Source of the DNA: Candidatus Versatilivorator sp. | GTDB taxonomy: Bacteria > Acidobacteriota > Terriglobia > Versatilivoradales > Versatilivoraceae | Length of the DNA: 64,000 nt | Assembly: GCA_965207735.1 (NCBI GenBank) | Contig: OZ242296.1 | Location: forward strand, 128,001-192,000 | Reading direction: 5' to 3' | Part shown: positions 1 through 8,345 of the stretch, in pieces | How positions within the stretch are numbered: position 1 is the stretch's first letter | Layout of the letters: every line of letters starts with the position of its first letter | Program-made: the position numbers and the translations under genes | Notes under the pieces: model-generated | Database searches by the model: none | What the model saw: only the letters and a program-made list of their open reading frames with translations | Told to the model about the DNA's origin: nothing

Positions 1-1062
1 GGGGAGGACGTCCGGGTCTTCCTGGGGATACGCCTGGATTGCGCACAGTGCCACGACCATCCCTACGAGACCTGGACCCAGGATCAGTTCTGGGGAATTA
101 CCGCCTTCTACGGACAACTGACCCGAATCCGCACCCTCTCGATCTTCATGGATGACATTTCGGGAAACGAGGAGCAGCCCGAGGGACCCAAGGTGATTCA
201 CCCGCGCCGCCGGCGGGAAGTGGTCCCCAGTTTCCTGGACGGCTCTCCGCCTCTGGCCCTGAGCAACAACCCTCGGGACCAACTGGCAGACTGGATGACC
301 TCGCCCGAGAACCCCTATTTCAGCCAGGCCATCGTCAACCGGGTGTGGGCCAACTTCTTCGGAAGGGGCCTGGTCGAACCGGTGGACGATTTCAGACCCG
401 GAAACCCTCCCAGCCACCCCGAGCTGCTGGAGGCCCTGGCCGAGGATTTCCGGCGCAGCGGCTACGATCTCAGGCACCTGATGCGGGCCATCACCCGGTC
501 CGGAACCTATCAGCTGTCCGGAGAGCTCAACCCCACCAACCGGGAGGATGAGGTCAACCACTCCCGGGCGCTGCCTCGCCGGTTGGACGCCGAGATCCTG
601 CTGGATGCCATTTCACAGGTGACCGGCATCGAGGAGGCCTTTGCCGTACACGACTACGTGGGCGGGGGCACCGAGCCCAAGGGAACCCGGGCTATCGAAC
701 TGGTTCCCGAAGTCACTCCCTCTCAGTTCCTGGAAGTCTACGGGCGACCCGTCAGCCGGGACAGCATGCCCTGGCGCGACTACCGTTCCACGCTCAGGCA
801 GGCGCTGCACCTGCTGGTCGGTTCCACCTACACCACCAAGATCGGGGCCGAGGGAGGCCGGGTCGATCAACTGCTGTCGGCCGGCGCCTCCGACCGGAAG
901 ATCGTTCGGGAACTCTATCTGGCCGCCCTGTCCCGCTATCCCACGGCCGAAGAGGAAACCCGGCTCCAGGCCCTGATCGAGGGAGCCCCGTTTCGCCGCA
1001 AGGGTGTCGAAAACCTGGCTTGGGGGTTGCTGGCCTCCCGCCAGTTTACCTATAATCATTGA
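1..1062 (+). CDS. DUF1549/DUF1553 domain protein (5' truncated by window)
   Basis: Frame open from base 1; 'CAQCHDHP' and 'NRVWANFFGRGLVEPVDDF...PSHPELLEALA' motifs typical of PSD1/DUF1553. Confidence 0.9.
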   Translation, partial: GEDVRVFLGIRLDCAQCHDHPYETWTQDQFWGITAFYGQLTRIRTLSIFMDDISGNEEQPEGPKVIHPRRRREVVPSFLDGSPPLALSNNPRDQLADWMTSPENPYFSQAIVNRVWANFFGRGLVEPVDDFRPGNPPSHPELLEALAEDFRRSGYDLRHLMRAITRSGTYQLSGELNPTNREDEVNHSRALPRRLDAEILLDAISQVTGIEEAFAVHDYVGGGTEPKGTRAIELVPEVTPSQFLEVYGRPVSRDSMPWRDYRSTLRQALHLLVGSTYTTKIGAEGGRVDQLLSAGASDRKIVRELYLAALSRYPTAEEETRLQALIEGAPFRRKGVENLAWGLLASRQFTYNH

Positions 1063-1073
1063 GGGAAACGCGT

Positions 1074-2408
1074 ATGGACCTGTCGATCGATCAGCTTGGT
1101 TGCTGCCGGCCCCGCCGGGAATTCCTCAGAGTCGGCGCTCTCAGCCTGTTGGGCCTGAGCCTGAGGCAGTACCTGGCCCTGGAAGCGGCCACCCCTGCCG
1201 CCGCCCGTTCGGGGCGAAAAGCCCAGGCCTGCATTCTGCTGTGGCTGGAGGGCGGGCCCTCCCAGATCGACACCTGGGACCCCAAGCCCCACAGTCCATT
1301 CAATGCCATTCCCACCCGGGCCGACGGCATTCAGATCTCGGAGCTCTTTCCCCGGATCGCCGGCCACATGGACAAGCTGGCCATTGTCCGCTCCATGCAC
1401 ACCGAGGAGAACAACCACCCTCAGGGTACCCACTACGCCCTGACCGGCCACCGGCCCAATCCGGCCTTGAAGTTTCCCAGCCTGGGTTCGATCATCTCCA
1501 AGGAGTTGGGGCCGAGGAACAACCTTCCGCCCTACATGATGGTCCCGGAGCATCAGGAGACCGATTTCTTTTCCTACATGGATGCCTACACCTCGGCCTT
1601 TTTGGGTTCGGAATACGATCCCATCATTCTGCCCGATCCCAGCAAGGAGTCCTTTCAGATTCCGGACCTGTCCTTGCCCGATACCCTGACGGCTGCCGAT
1701 ATTGCCGACCGCCGGTCGTTTATGCAGGCGGTGGACCTTGGGTTCCGCCGGAAGGAGAAACATGCCGAATTCGGCAGGATGGACCGCTTCACCAACCAGG
1801 CCCTGACCATGCTGCTTTCGCCCAGCGTCAAGCAGGCCTTCGATCTGTCCCAGGAGTCGGACCGGACCAAGGAGGCCTACGGACGCACCCGAGTCGGTCA
1901 AAGCGTGCTGCTGGCTCGTCGCCTGGTGGAAGCCGGCTGTCGCTTTGTGACCACCTCCGGATACGCTCACGGGGCCTGGGACACCCACAAGGACAACGAC
2001 CAGAGGCTGCGGGACAATCTGGCTCCCACCCTGGACCAGACCCTTTCCGCCTTGCTGGAGGACCTGCAGCAGCGCGGGCTGCTGGACTCCACCGTGGTGC
2101 TGGCCATGGGCGAGTTCGGCCGCACCCCCCACCTGAATGCCAACAATGGGCGGGATCACTATCCGGACTGCTGGTCGTTGATATTGGGGGGTGGAGGCAT
2201 TCAGGGCGGGCGAGTGGTAGGCGCCAGCGACGAGCAGGGCGCCCAGGTGGCCGAACGGAGGGTCACCATGGGCGACCTCTTCGCCACCATCTACAAGGCC
2301 ATGGGCATCGATTGGACCAAGGAGTACGTCAATCCCGGAGGCCGTCCCCTCTACATCGCCAACTCCATCGATGATGTCATGGGGCAGCCACTCCACGAGC
2401 TGGTGTGA
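1074..2408 (+). CDS. DUF1501 domain protein
   Basis: Tat-like RRREFL, 'LWLEGGPSQIDTWDPK', 'GEFGRTP', 'GRDHYP'; usual partner of DUF1553. Confidence 0.92.
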   Translation: MDLSIDQLGCCRPRREFLRVGALSLLGLSLRQYLALEAATPAAARSGRKAQACILLWLEGGPSQIDTWDPKPHSPFNAIPTRADGIQISELFPRIAGHMDKLAIVRSMHTEENNHPQGTHYALTGHRPNPALKFPSLGSIISKELGPRNNLPPYMMVPEHQETDFFSYMDAYTSAFLGSEYDPIILPDPSKESFQIPDLSLPDTLTAADIADRRSFMQAVDLGFRRKEKHAEFGRMDRFTNQALTMLLSPSVKQAFDLSQESDRTKEAYGRTRVGQSVLLARRLVEAGCRFVTTSGYAHGAWDTHKDNDQRLRDNLAPTLDQTLSALLEDLQQRGLLDSTVVLAMGEFGRTPHLNANNGRDHYPDCWSLILGGGGIQGGRVVGASDEQGAQVAERRVTMGDLFATIYKAMGIDWTKEYVNPGGRPLYIANSIDDVMGQPLHELV

Positions 2409-2437
2409 CCGGCCGGTAGTTGTTCCTTCCTTTTCCC

Positions 2438-3643
2438 CTAATAGGCAGCCTGCAGGATGCCCTCCAGGTCATCTACCGTGGCCTGCCGGGGATTGCTGCG
2501 CATGAGCCGCTTGATCCCGAAGGCCGCTTCTGCGAAGGATCGGAGCTGGTGTTCCTGCACTCCGATTTCCCGGAGCTTGTCGGGGATGCCGATTTCCTTT
2601 CTCAAGGATCGCACCCGCTCGATGGCGGCATCGGCGGCAGCCTCGGCGGACAAGCCCTCCACCTGGAGGCCCATCAGTTCGGCCAGGCGGGCCAGGGGCT
2701 CCACCCGGGCCGGTTTGTTGAATTCCATCACATAGGGCAGCAGCAGGCCGTTGCCGCAGCCGTGGGAGCAGTGAACCGCTCCACCAATGGGATACTCCAG
2801 CGCGTGAACCGCTCCCACGCCCACGTTGCTGAAACCCATTCCCGCAATGAGTGCCGCCAGGTGCATGCCCTCCCTTGCCGTCAGATCCTGGCCGTTGCTG
2901 ACGGCGTCGGCCAGGTGCCGCACGATCAGCCCGACCGCCGGCTCCACCATGGCGTTCCCCAGGGGATTACGTCCCTGATAGATGGAAATCTCGCCCTCGG
3001 GGATTTCAAGATGGGAGCTGTCGGTGGCCATGAAGGCTTCCACGGCGTGGGTGAGGGCGTCGATGCCGCTGTCTGCCGTGGCCTTGGGGGGACAGGTGAC
3101 GGTCATGAGCGGATCCACCACCGCCGCCCGGGGCCTCAGGTAGTTGCTGGCGATGGCCACCTTGATGTTGTTCTCGGTGTCGGTCAGGATTCCCGCGTGG
3201 GTGACCTCGGAACCTGTCCCGGCCGTTGTGGGCACCGCGATCAGCGGCAGGATGGGGCCCGGAACCTTCCCTTCACCCATGTAGTCCCGGGGTTGGCCTC
3301 CGTGGGTGAGCAGGACGCCCACTGTCTTGGCCAGGTCCATGTTGCTGCCGCCTCCCAGCCCCACCAGCAGGTCCGGTTTGTGCCGGGAGGCGAAGTCGTG
3401 GCAGCGGAGCAGGGCGGCAATGGAAGGCTCCGGCTCCCCGCCGTCAAAGAGGGTGACCCGCACACCCCCGGCAGCCAGCCGGGACTGCACCTGGTCGGCC
3501 AGACCGGCTTTCACTAGAGCCTTGTCGGTCACCACCAGGGCATGGCCGGCTCCCAACTCCCGAGCAATCTCACCCAGTTGATCGGTGGCGCCTCTGCCGA
3601 AGTGAATGGCTCCCGCAGTGTGAAAACTCCATGTGGTCCGCAT
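2438..3643 (-). CDS. Iron-containing alcohol dehydrogenase / hydroxyacid-oxoacid transhydrogenase-like
   Basis: 'GLGGGSNMD', 'VPTTAGTGSE', 'DALTHAVE', 'HALEYP', 'HG'; start placed at MRTTWSF (the ORF-track extension runs into repeats). Confidence 0.9.
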   Translation of the reverse strand: MRTTWSFHTAGAIHFGRGATDQLGEIARELGAGHALVVTDKALVKAGLADQVQSRLAAGGVRVTLFDGGEPEPSIAALLRCHDFASRHKPDLLVGLGGGSNMDLAKTVGVLLTHGGQPRDYMGEGKVPGPILPLIAVPTTAGTGSEVTHAGILTDTENNIKVAIASNYLRPRAAVVDPLMTVTCPPKATADSGIDALTHAVEAFMATDSSHLEIPEGEISIYQGRNPLGNAMVEPAVGLIVRHLADAVSNGQDLTAREGMHLAALIAGMGFSNVGVGAVHALEYPIGGAVHCSHGCGNGLLLPYVMEFNKPARVEPLARLAELMGLQVEGLSAEAAADAAIERVRSLRKEIGIPDKLREIGVQEHQLRSFAEAAFGIKRLMRSNPRQATVDDLEGILQAAY

Positions 3644-3814
3644 GCCGGTCTCCCTCCCCATGAACCGTTTCCGATAGTCAGATAGATGAAATCCAGCGCA
3701 GAGTATAAAGATTCCTTGGCCGCGTGTCACCGTCCCGAGTGGTTCGGCAGAAGGCGAAGGCTGATGAGGTGGGGGGAACCGGCCCGGCGCCGGGGATCGA
3801 TATTTTTCCAACAA

Positions 3815-4110
3815 ACATCGATGCACAGGATGCACAGGATAGGCAGGACGAGAGATTGCTGCAGGGGAAGCCCGCTCGCGCGATACGACAGGCTCGATGC
3901 CCGCTACTGGGGCAAGGCAGTGGATGACAATAATCCTGTGCATCCTGTGTATCCATGTTGATTAAAAAAAATAAACCAACATGGATTAACAGGATAACCA
4001 GGACGAGACACTGCGGCGGGGAAAGCTAACTCCGGCGAAGATCGGGTGCGGCATTGCAGATGCTCAGGAATGCAAGCGAGCCGTTTCCTGAAAATCCTGT
4101 GCATCGATGC
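3815..4110. repeat. Two adjacent inverted-repeat elements with ~9-nt periodic arms (GATGCACAG-type)
   Basis: acatcgatgcacaggatgcacaggat (3815) / atcctgtgcatcctgtgtatccatgt (3933); aacatggattaacaggat (~3978) / aatcctgtgcatcgatg (~4093); homolog at 35905-36057. Confidence 0.85.
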
Positions 4111-4328
4111 AAGTCATCCCCAAAAAACCGCGCCGATCGACTGAAATCCGGCTGGTCAGGGACTTCCTGGTCCGTCCGAACCGTTGGCAGATCCCTCATG
4201 AGCCTTCTACGACCCCTTAGCCCATCTTTAACACGGCTTCCAAGTATACGTTTATTATCAACAGGTTACAAAAGGCTCAACGCGCAAGTGGCACTACAAA
4301 CGCGTTGAAACCGGAGATTTTGGAGGAA

Positions 4329-6143
4329 TCAGACGATCATCTTGCGGATCCCTCCAGGAGAGGGATCGATGCCCAGGGCGTCGTAGATGGCCCTCTGATC
4401 GGGTTCGGCCCGTGTGGCCTTGCGGACGTGCAAGGTCCGCCCGTCCTGACGCCGGAAGGTGACCGTGACCCGCTGCTGTCCTTCCAGGATGCGCCGCAGC
4501 GTGGTCCAACTGGAGGCCTCGCCGCGCTGCTTGAGGCGTTTGCGGATGACCTGCACCAGTTGATAGGCGATGACCGTCAGAAACAGGTGACCTTCCGAGC
4601 GCACCGGCTTGTGATGATAGATGGGCCGCAGGCCCAGCTCGGACTTCAGGGAGCGAAACACCGCTTCCACGTCGGTCAGAGTCGTGTAGGTACGCCAGAG
4701 ACTTTCCTCGTCCCAGTCAGTCTGGTTGCTGCGCAGGCAGTAGACCCCCGGATGGGTGGCCATCGAGCCCTGGCGGGGACGGTGCTTCCATCTCAGCGCT
4801 GTCGCCTTGCGGCCGCTCTCGTCGGTGAGGACCTCGATGCTGTAGTGTTGCCCCACCCCGCGGCTCTGTTCCTTCAGCCGCCCGATCCTCTCCCGGACCT
4901 TCTCGACGCCTTTGTGAGTCCGCGGCCGGGAAAGCCCCTCGGAGAGTCGGGTGAGCCCCTGCTCGAAGCGCCGGCTGAAGCGCTCCACGATGCCCTTCTC
5001 CTTCTCAGCCCGCTGCTGTGAGCGGCAGTAGAGACGCACTTCCTGCCCGTCGTCGGAGATCTCCTTGTGGAGCTGCAGCTCGGCCTTGGAAGCCGTCTCC
5101 ACCGTCACGGCCGCCTCGGCATCGAACTGCCTCCGGCCCTGGCGGCTGGCCACCAGGTAGCGATACCCTTCCTCCCTCAACCACTGGATCCGGTCCTCGG
5201 TCGCCACCCCCCGATCCATCACCACCAAGGCTCCCCGGGGCGCCTCCAGCGCCTCCAGCATCCCCTCCAGGGTGCGGGGCTCATCCACCCTACCGGCAAA
5301 GACCTCCGAGCGGCGCACAAACCCCGCCCCGTCCAGCACCAACCCCAGCGTCAGCAGCCGACAGTCGCTGCGCTTGTCCTTCGAGTGGCCCCGCTCGGCC
5401 TTGGGCTGATGGCTGGCCGCCCCTTCGAAGAAGGTGTTGGTCAGATCGAACAGGGTGACGGTCGGCTCCAGATCGAACAACCCCATGGCCCGGGTGAAGA
5501 GGTGACGCTCGATGGCCTCCCGATGCTTCATCAGCGCGTCCGAGGCCCGATACATCTGCATCAGACTCAGGCTCTCGAAGTCAACCTCCAGCAACTCGCC
5601 CAAGCCGCTGCGCCGCCTGAGCCAGCCCCAGGTGGCCCTCTCCGAGCCCGGTCGGGCCAGACGGCCTACCATGGCCCCCAACGCCGCTGCCCGCATCGGT
5701 CCGTTCAGCCCTAACTCGGTCAGCAGATCCCCCAGCCCCAACTGCTCCAGCGCCCAGCAACCGACCTGCTCCACCCCCACGCTGCGCGGACGTGTCAAGG
5801 CCACCGAATCCACCTCGACCGTCTGCAGGTCCTCTGAGGCGGCCTCCCCGCCAACGCCGGTCACGTCGGCTTCGCCCTCAAGCAAGCGCTGGGCCATGCG
5901 TTGGGCTTCCTCCTCCAACGGGGTGGAAGCCACCGGCAAGAGAGGCAACTGACCGGTGAGGATCTGATCGAGACGGCGGCACAACAAGGGCCAGTCCTCA
6001 CGGGGGATCGAGAAGTGTCGACCGAGGTTGAGGAGGGTCTGCTGGCGGACCTTGCCACTGACGCGATGGGAGCGGACGAGGCGGTGGGTGAAGTAGGTCT
6101 GTCCGGAATGGAGGCTGCGGGTCTGGGTGCGTCGGATGAACAT
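4329..6143 (-). CDS. IS1634-family DDE transposase
   Basis: MFIRRT...HRLVRSHR...KVRQQTLLNLG, 'FDLTNTFFEG', 'GHSKDKRSD', 'VMDRG', 'VEAVFRSLKSELGLRPIYH'. Confidence 0.93.
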   Translation of the reverse strand: MFIRRTQTRSLHSGQTYFTHRLVRSHRVSGKVRQQTLLNLGRHFSIPREDWPLLCRRLDQILTGQLPLLPVASTPLEEEAQRMAQRLLEGEADVTGVGGEAASEDLQTVEVDSVALTRPRSVGVEQVGCWALEQLGLGDLLTELGLNGPMRAAALGAMVGRLARPGSERATWGWLRRRSGLGELLEVDFESLSLMQMYRASDALMKHREAIERHLFTRAMGLFDLEPTVTLFDLTNTFFEGAASHQPKAERGHSKDKRSDCRLLTLGLVLDGAGFVRRSEVFAGRVDEPRTLEGMLEALEAPRGALVVMDRGVATEDRIQWLREEGYRYLVASRQGRRQFDAEAAVTVETASKAELQLHKEISDDGQEVRLYCRSQQRAEKEKGIVERFSRRFEQGLTRLSEGLSRPRTHKGVEKVRERIGRLKEQSRGVGQHYSIEVLTDESGRKATALRWKHRPRQGSMATHPGVYCLRSNQTDWDEESLWRTYTTLTDVEAVFRSLKSELGLRPIYHHKPVRSEGHLFLTVIAYQLVQVIRKRLKQRGEASSWTTLRRILEGQQRVTVTFRRQDGRTLHVRKATRAEPDQRAIYDALGIDPSPGGIRKMIV

Positions 6144-6150
6144 GGGAGGG

Positions 6151-6179
6151 ACGCTACCAGAGGAGAGAGAGGGGGTCAA
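6151..6179 (-). promoter_or_regulatory. sigma70-like promoter of transposase A (probably leaderless)
   Basis: TTGACC-17 nt-TAGCGT with TG extension; ATG 7 nt downstream. Confidence 0.55.
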
Positions 6180-6411
6180 GCCCATCCCATACGATTATGG
6201 CACTACATTCACCTCCTCAACCAAGAATCAACAACTTACGGGTGGTTTTAGGCTAAAATGGGGGTAAAATACCTCAAATCGGCCGTTTCTTTGTTAAACC
6301 GAAGTTCCTCCCATTTTACACCCAAAAAATCGCCTTAAGCCATTTGTTTTCTTGGGGAAGAGGATTGAGGCGTGTGGAGTGTTGTTCCCATGTATATGAT
6401 TAGCATTTATC

Positions 6412-6439
6412 TTGACATGATAGTTGTATGTGATATCGT
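6412..6439 (+). promoter_or_regulatory. sigma70-like promoter of transposase B (probably leaderless)
   Basis: TTGACA-16 nt-TATCGT with TG extension; ATG at 6446. Confidence 0.55.
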
Positions 6440-6445
6440 AGTCCC

Positions 6446-8167
6446 ATGTACGTCGAAACCGTCCCCAACCGCAACTCTCCCCCTGCCATCCTCCTGCGCG
6501 AAGGCCGCCGTGAGGGTAAAAAGGTCCATAAACGCACCCTGGCCAATCTCTCCCATTGGCCCAAGGACAAGATCGAGCGCCTCCGGCGCGTGCTCAAGAA
6601 CGAACCCCTGGTCCATCCCGACCAACTCTTCGCCATCGAACGCTCCCTGCCTCATGGCCACGTCGAGTTGCTGCTGGAAGTGGTGCGGCAGCTGAAGCTG
6701 CCGGCGCTGATCGATTCCCGACCCTCTCCCCAACGGGACCGGGTCTTGGCCATGATCCTGCAGCGTCTGCTCTATCCGGCCTCCAAGCTGGCCACCACCC
6801 GTCTTTGGCACACCACCACGTTGGGTGAGGAACTGTCCCTTGAGGACACCGACGAGGACGATCTCTATGAGGCCATGGACTGGTTGCTGGAGCGTCAGGA
6901 CCGGATTGAGCGCAAGCTGGCCAAGCGGCACCTGGCGGAAGGGGATGCGGTGCTCTATGACGTCAGCAGCAGTTACTACGAAGGCCAGACCTGCTCGCTG
7001 ATGCAGTTCGGCCACAACCGGGACGGCAGGCGGGACCGGCCCATGGTGGTCTACGGGGTGCTGGCCGACCAGATGGGGCGGCCGCTGTCGGTGCAGGCCT
7101 ATGCCGGCAACACGGGGGATCCGACCACGGTGGGGGATCAGGTGGAGAAGGTGCGGGGTCGGTTTGGTCTGGAGCGGGTGGTGCTGGTGGGGGACCGCGG
7201 GCTGCTGACCGAGACGCAGATCAGCCATCTGAAGCGTCATCCGGGAGTGGGGTGGGTCTCAGCCCTGCGCCACCACCAGATACGCCGTCTGGTGGAGAGC
7301 GAGGCGGTTCAGCTCTCCCTGTTCGACGAGCGTCATCTGGCCGAAGTCCGCAGCCCGGACTATCCGGGCGAGAGGCTCATCGTCTGCCACAACCCGCTGC
7401 TGGCCGAGCATCGGCGGCGGAAGCGGGAGGCTTTGCTGACAGCCACCGAGGAGGCGCTGGCCGGAATCGCCCGCCAGGTGGCCAGACGGACCCGCACGCC
7501 CTTGTCGGCGACCGAGATCGCCGAGAAAGTCGGCCGGGTCAAGAACCGCTTCCAGGTGGCCAAACACTTCCGGACCCAGATCGCAGACGGGTCCTTCCAC
7601 TATGAACGGCGCACCGACGCCATCATCCGGGAGGCGCAACTGGACGGGTTCTACATGCTGAGGACCAGCGAGCCAGCCGATCGCCTGCCAACAGCCGCGG
7701 TGGTGCGCCGCTACAAGGACCTGACGCGGGTGGAGCGGGCCTTCCGCTCCCTCAAGACCGTCGACCTGCACATCCGCCCCATCCGTCATCGGGTGGAGAG
7801 CCGGGTGCGGGCTCATCTGTTCCTGTGCCTGCTGGCCTATTACGTTCAGTGGCATCTGCGGCTGGCCCTGGCTCCGTTGCTGTTCGATGACGAGGAGTTG
7901 GAAGCGGAACGGGCACGGCGAGACCCGGTGCTGGCGGCCCAGCCGTCGGACTCCGCCAAACGGAAGAAGAGCAAACGCCTCACCGAGGACGGCTTGCCGC
8001 TGCAGAGCCTGGAGACGTTGATGGCGCAGATGGCGACGCGGGCCCGCCACCAGTGCCGATTGCCCTCCGAACCCGATGGTCCGCGAGTCCAGCGATTGAC
8101 CGAGCCGACCCCGCTACAGCAAAGGGCCTTCGAGCTCATCAGGATGTTCCCAGGCAAGACAACCTGA
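6446..8167 (+). CDS. IS1634-family DDE transposase
   Basis: MYVETVPNRNSPPAILLRE, 'YDVSSSYYEG', 'VGDRG', 'VERAFRSLKTVDLHIRPIRH'. Confidence 0.93.
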   Translation: MYVETVPNRNSPPAILLREGRREGKKVHKRTLANLSHWPKDKIERLRRVLKNEPLVHPDQLFAIERSLPHGHVELLLEVVRQLKLPALIDSRPSPQRDRVLAMILQRLLYPASKLATTRLWHTTTLGEELSLEDTDEDDLYEAMDWLLERQDRIERKLAKRHLAEGDAVLYDVSSSYYEGQTCSLMQFGHNRDGRRDRPMVVYGVLADQMGRPLSVQAYAGNTGDPTTVGDQVEKVRGRFGLERVVLVGDRGLLTETQISHLKRHPGVGWVSALRHHQIRRLVESEAVQLSLFDERHLAEVRSPDYPGERLIVCHNPLLAEHRRRKREALLTATEEALAGIARQVARRTRTPLSATEIAEKVGRVKNRFQVAKHFRTQIADGSFHYERRTDAIIREAQLDGFYMLRTSEPADRLPTAAVVRRYKDLTRVERAFRSLKTVDLHIRPIRHRVESRVRAHLFLCLLAYYVQWHLRLALAPLLFDDEELEAERARRDPVLAAQPSDSAKRKKSKRLTEDGLPLQSLETLMAQMATRARHQCRLPSEPDGPRVQRLTEPTPLQQRAFELIRMFPGKTT

Positions 8168-8345
8168 GATTCCTGATTGATGATTGAAGATAAAGGAGTT
8201 ATCTTGTCGGTGGGTCAGGAACTTCGGGTTAAAGATGGGTTAGTGGCCCTTCGTCGTTCTTCGTGTCCCTTCGTGGATAACTCTTTTTTCCCGCACCCGT
8301 AAATTCTTGGCCTTTGGGGATAACGCACACGTGTTTCAGCGGATG

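Larger units (their letters stand above)
6299..8227 (+). mobile_element. IS1634-family element B
   Basis: TIRs ccgaagttcc (6299) / ggaacttcgg (8218-8227); 6-bp target duplication GTTAAA (6293-6298, 8228-8233). Confidence 0.92.
4221..8239 (-). mobile_element. IS1634-family element A (one TIR interrupted by element B)
   Basis: TIR cccatctttaaca at 4221; complementary tgttaaa|gatggg is restored when element B is removed; TTAG flanks both ends (4217-4220, 8240-8243). Confidence 0.85.

Noticed and set aside
3644-3943. N-terminal extensions in the ORF track for Fe-ADH (also dehydratase, fhs, PhyH, Cache protein)
   Set aside because: They run through repeats or intergenic DNA; downstream starts fit family N-termini
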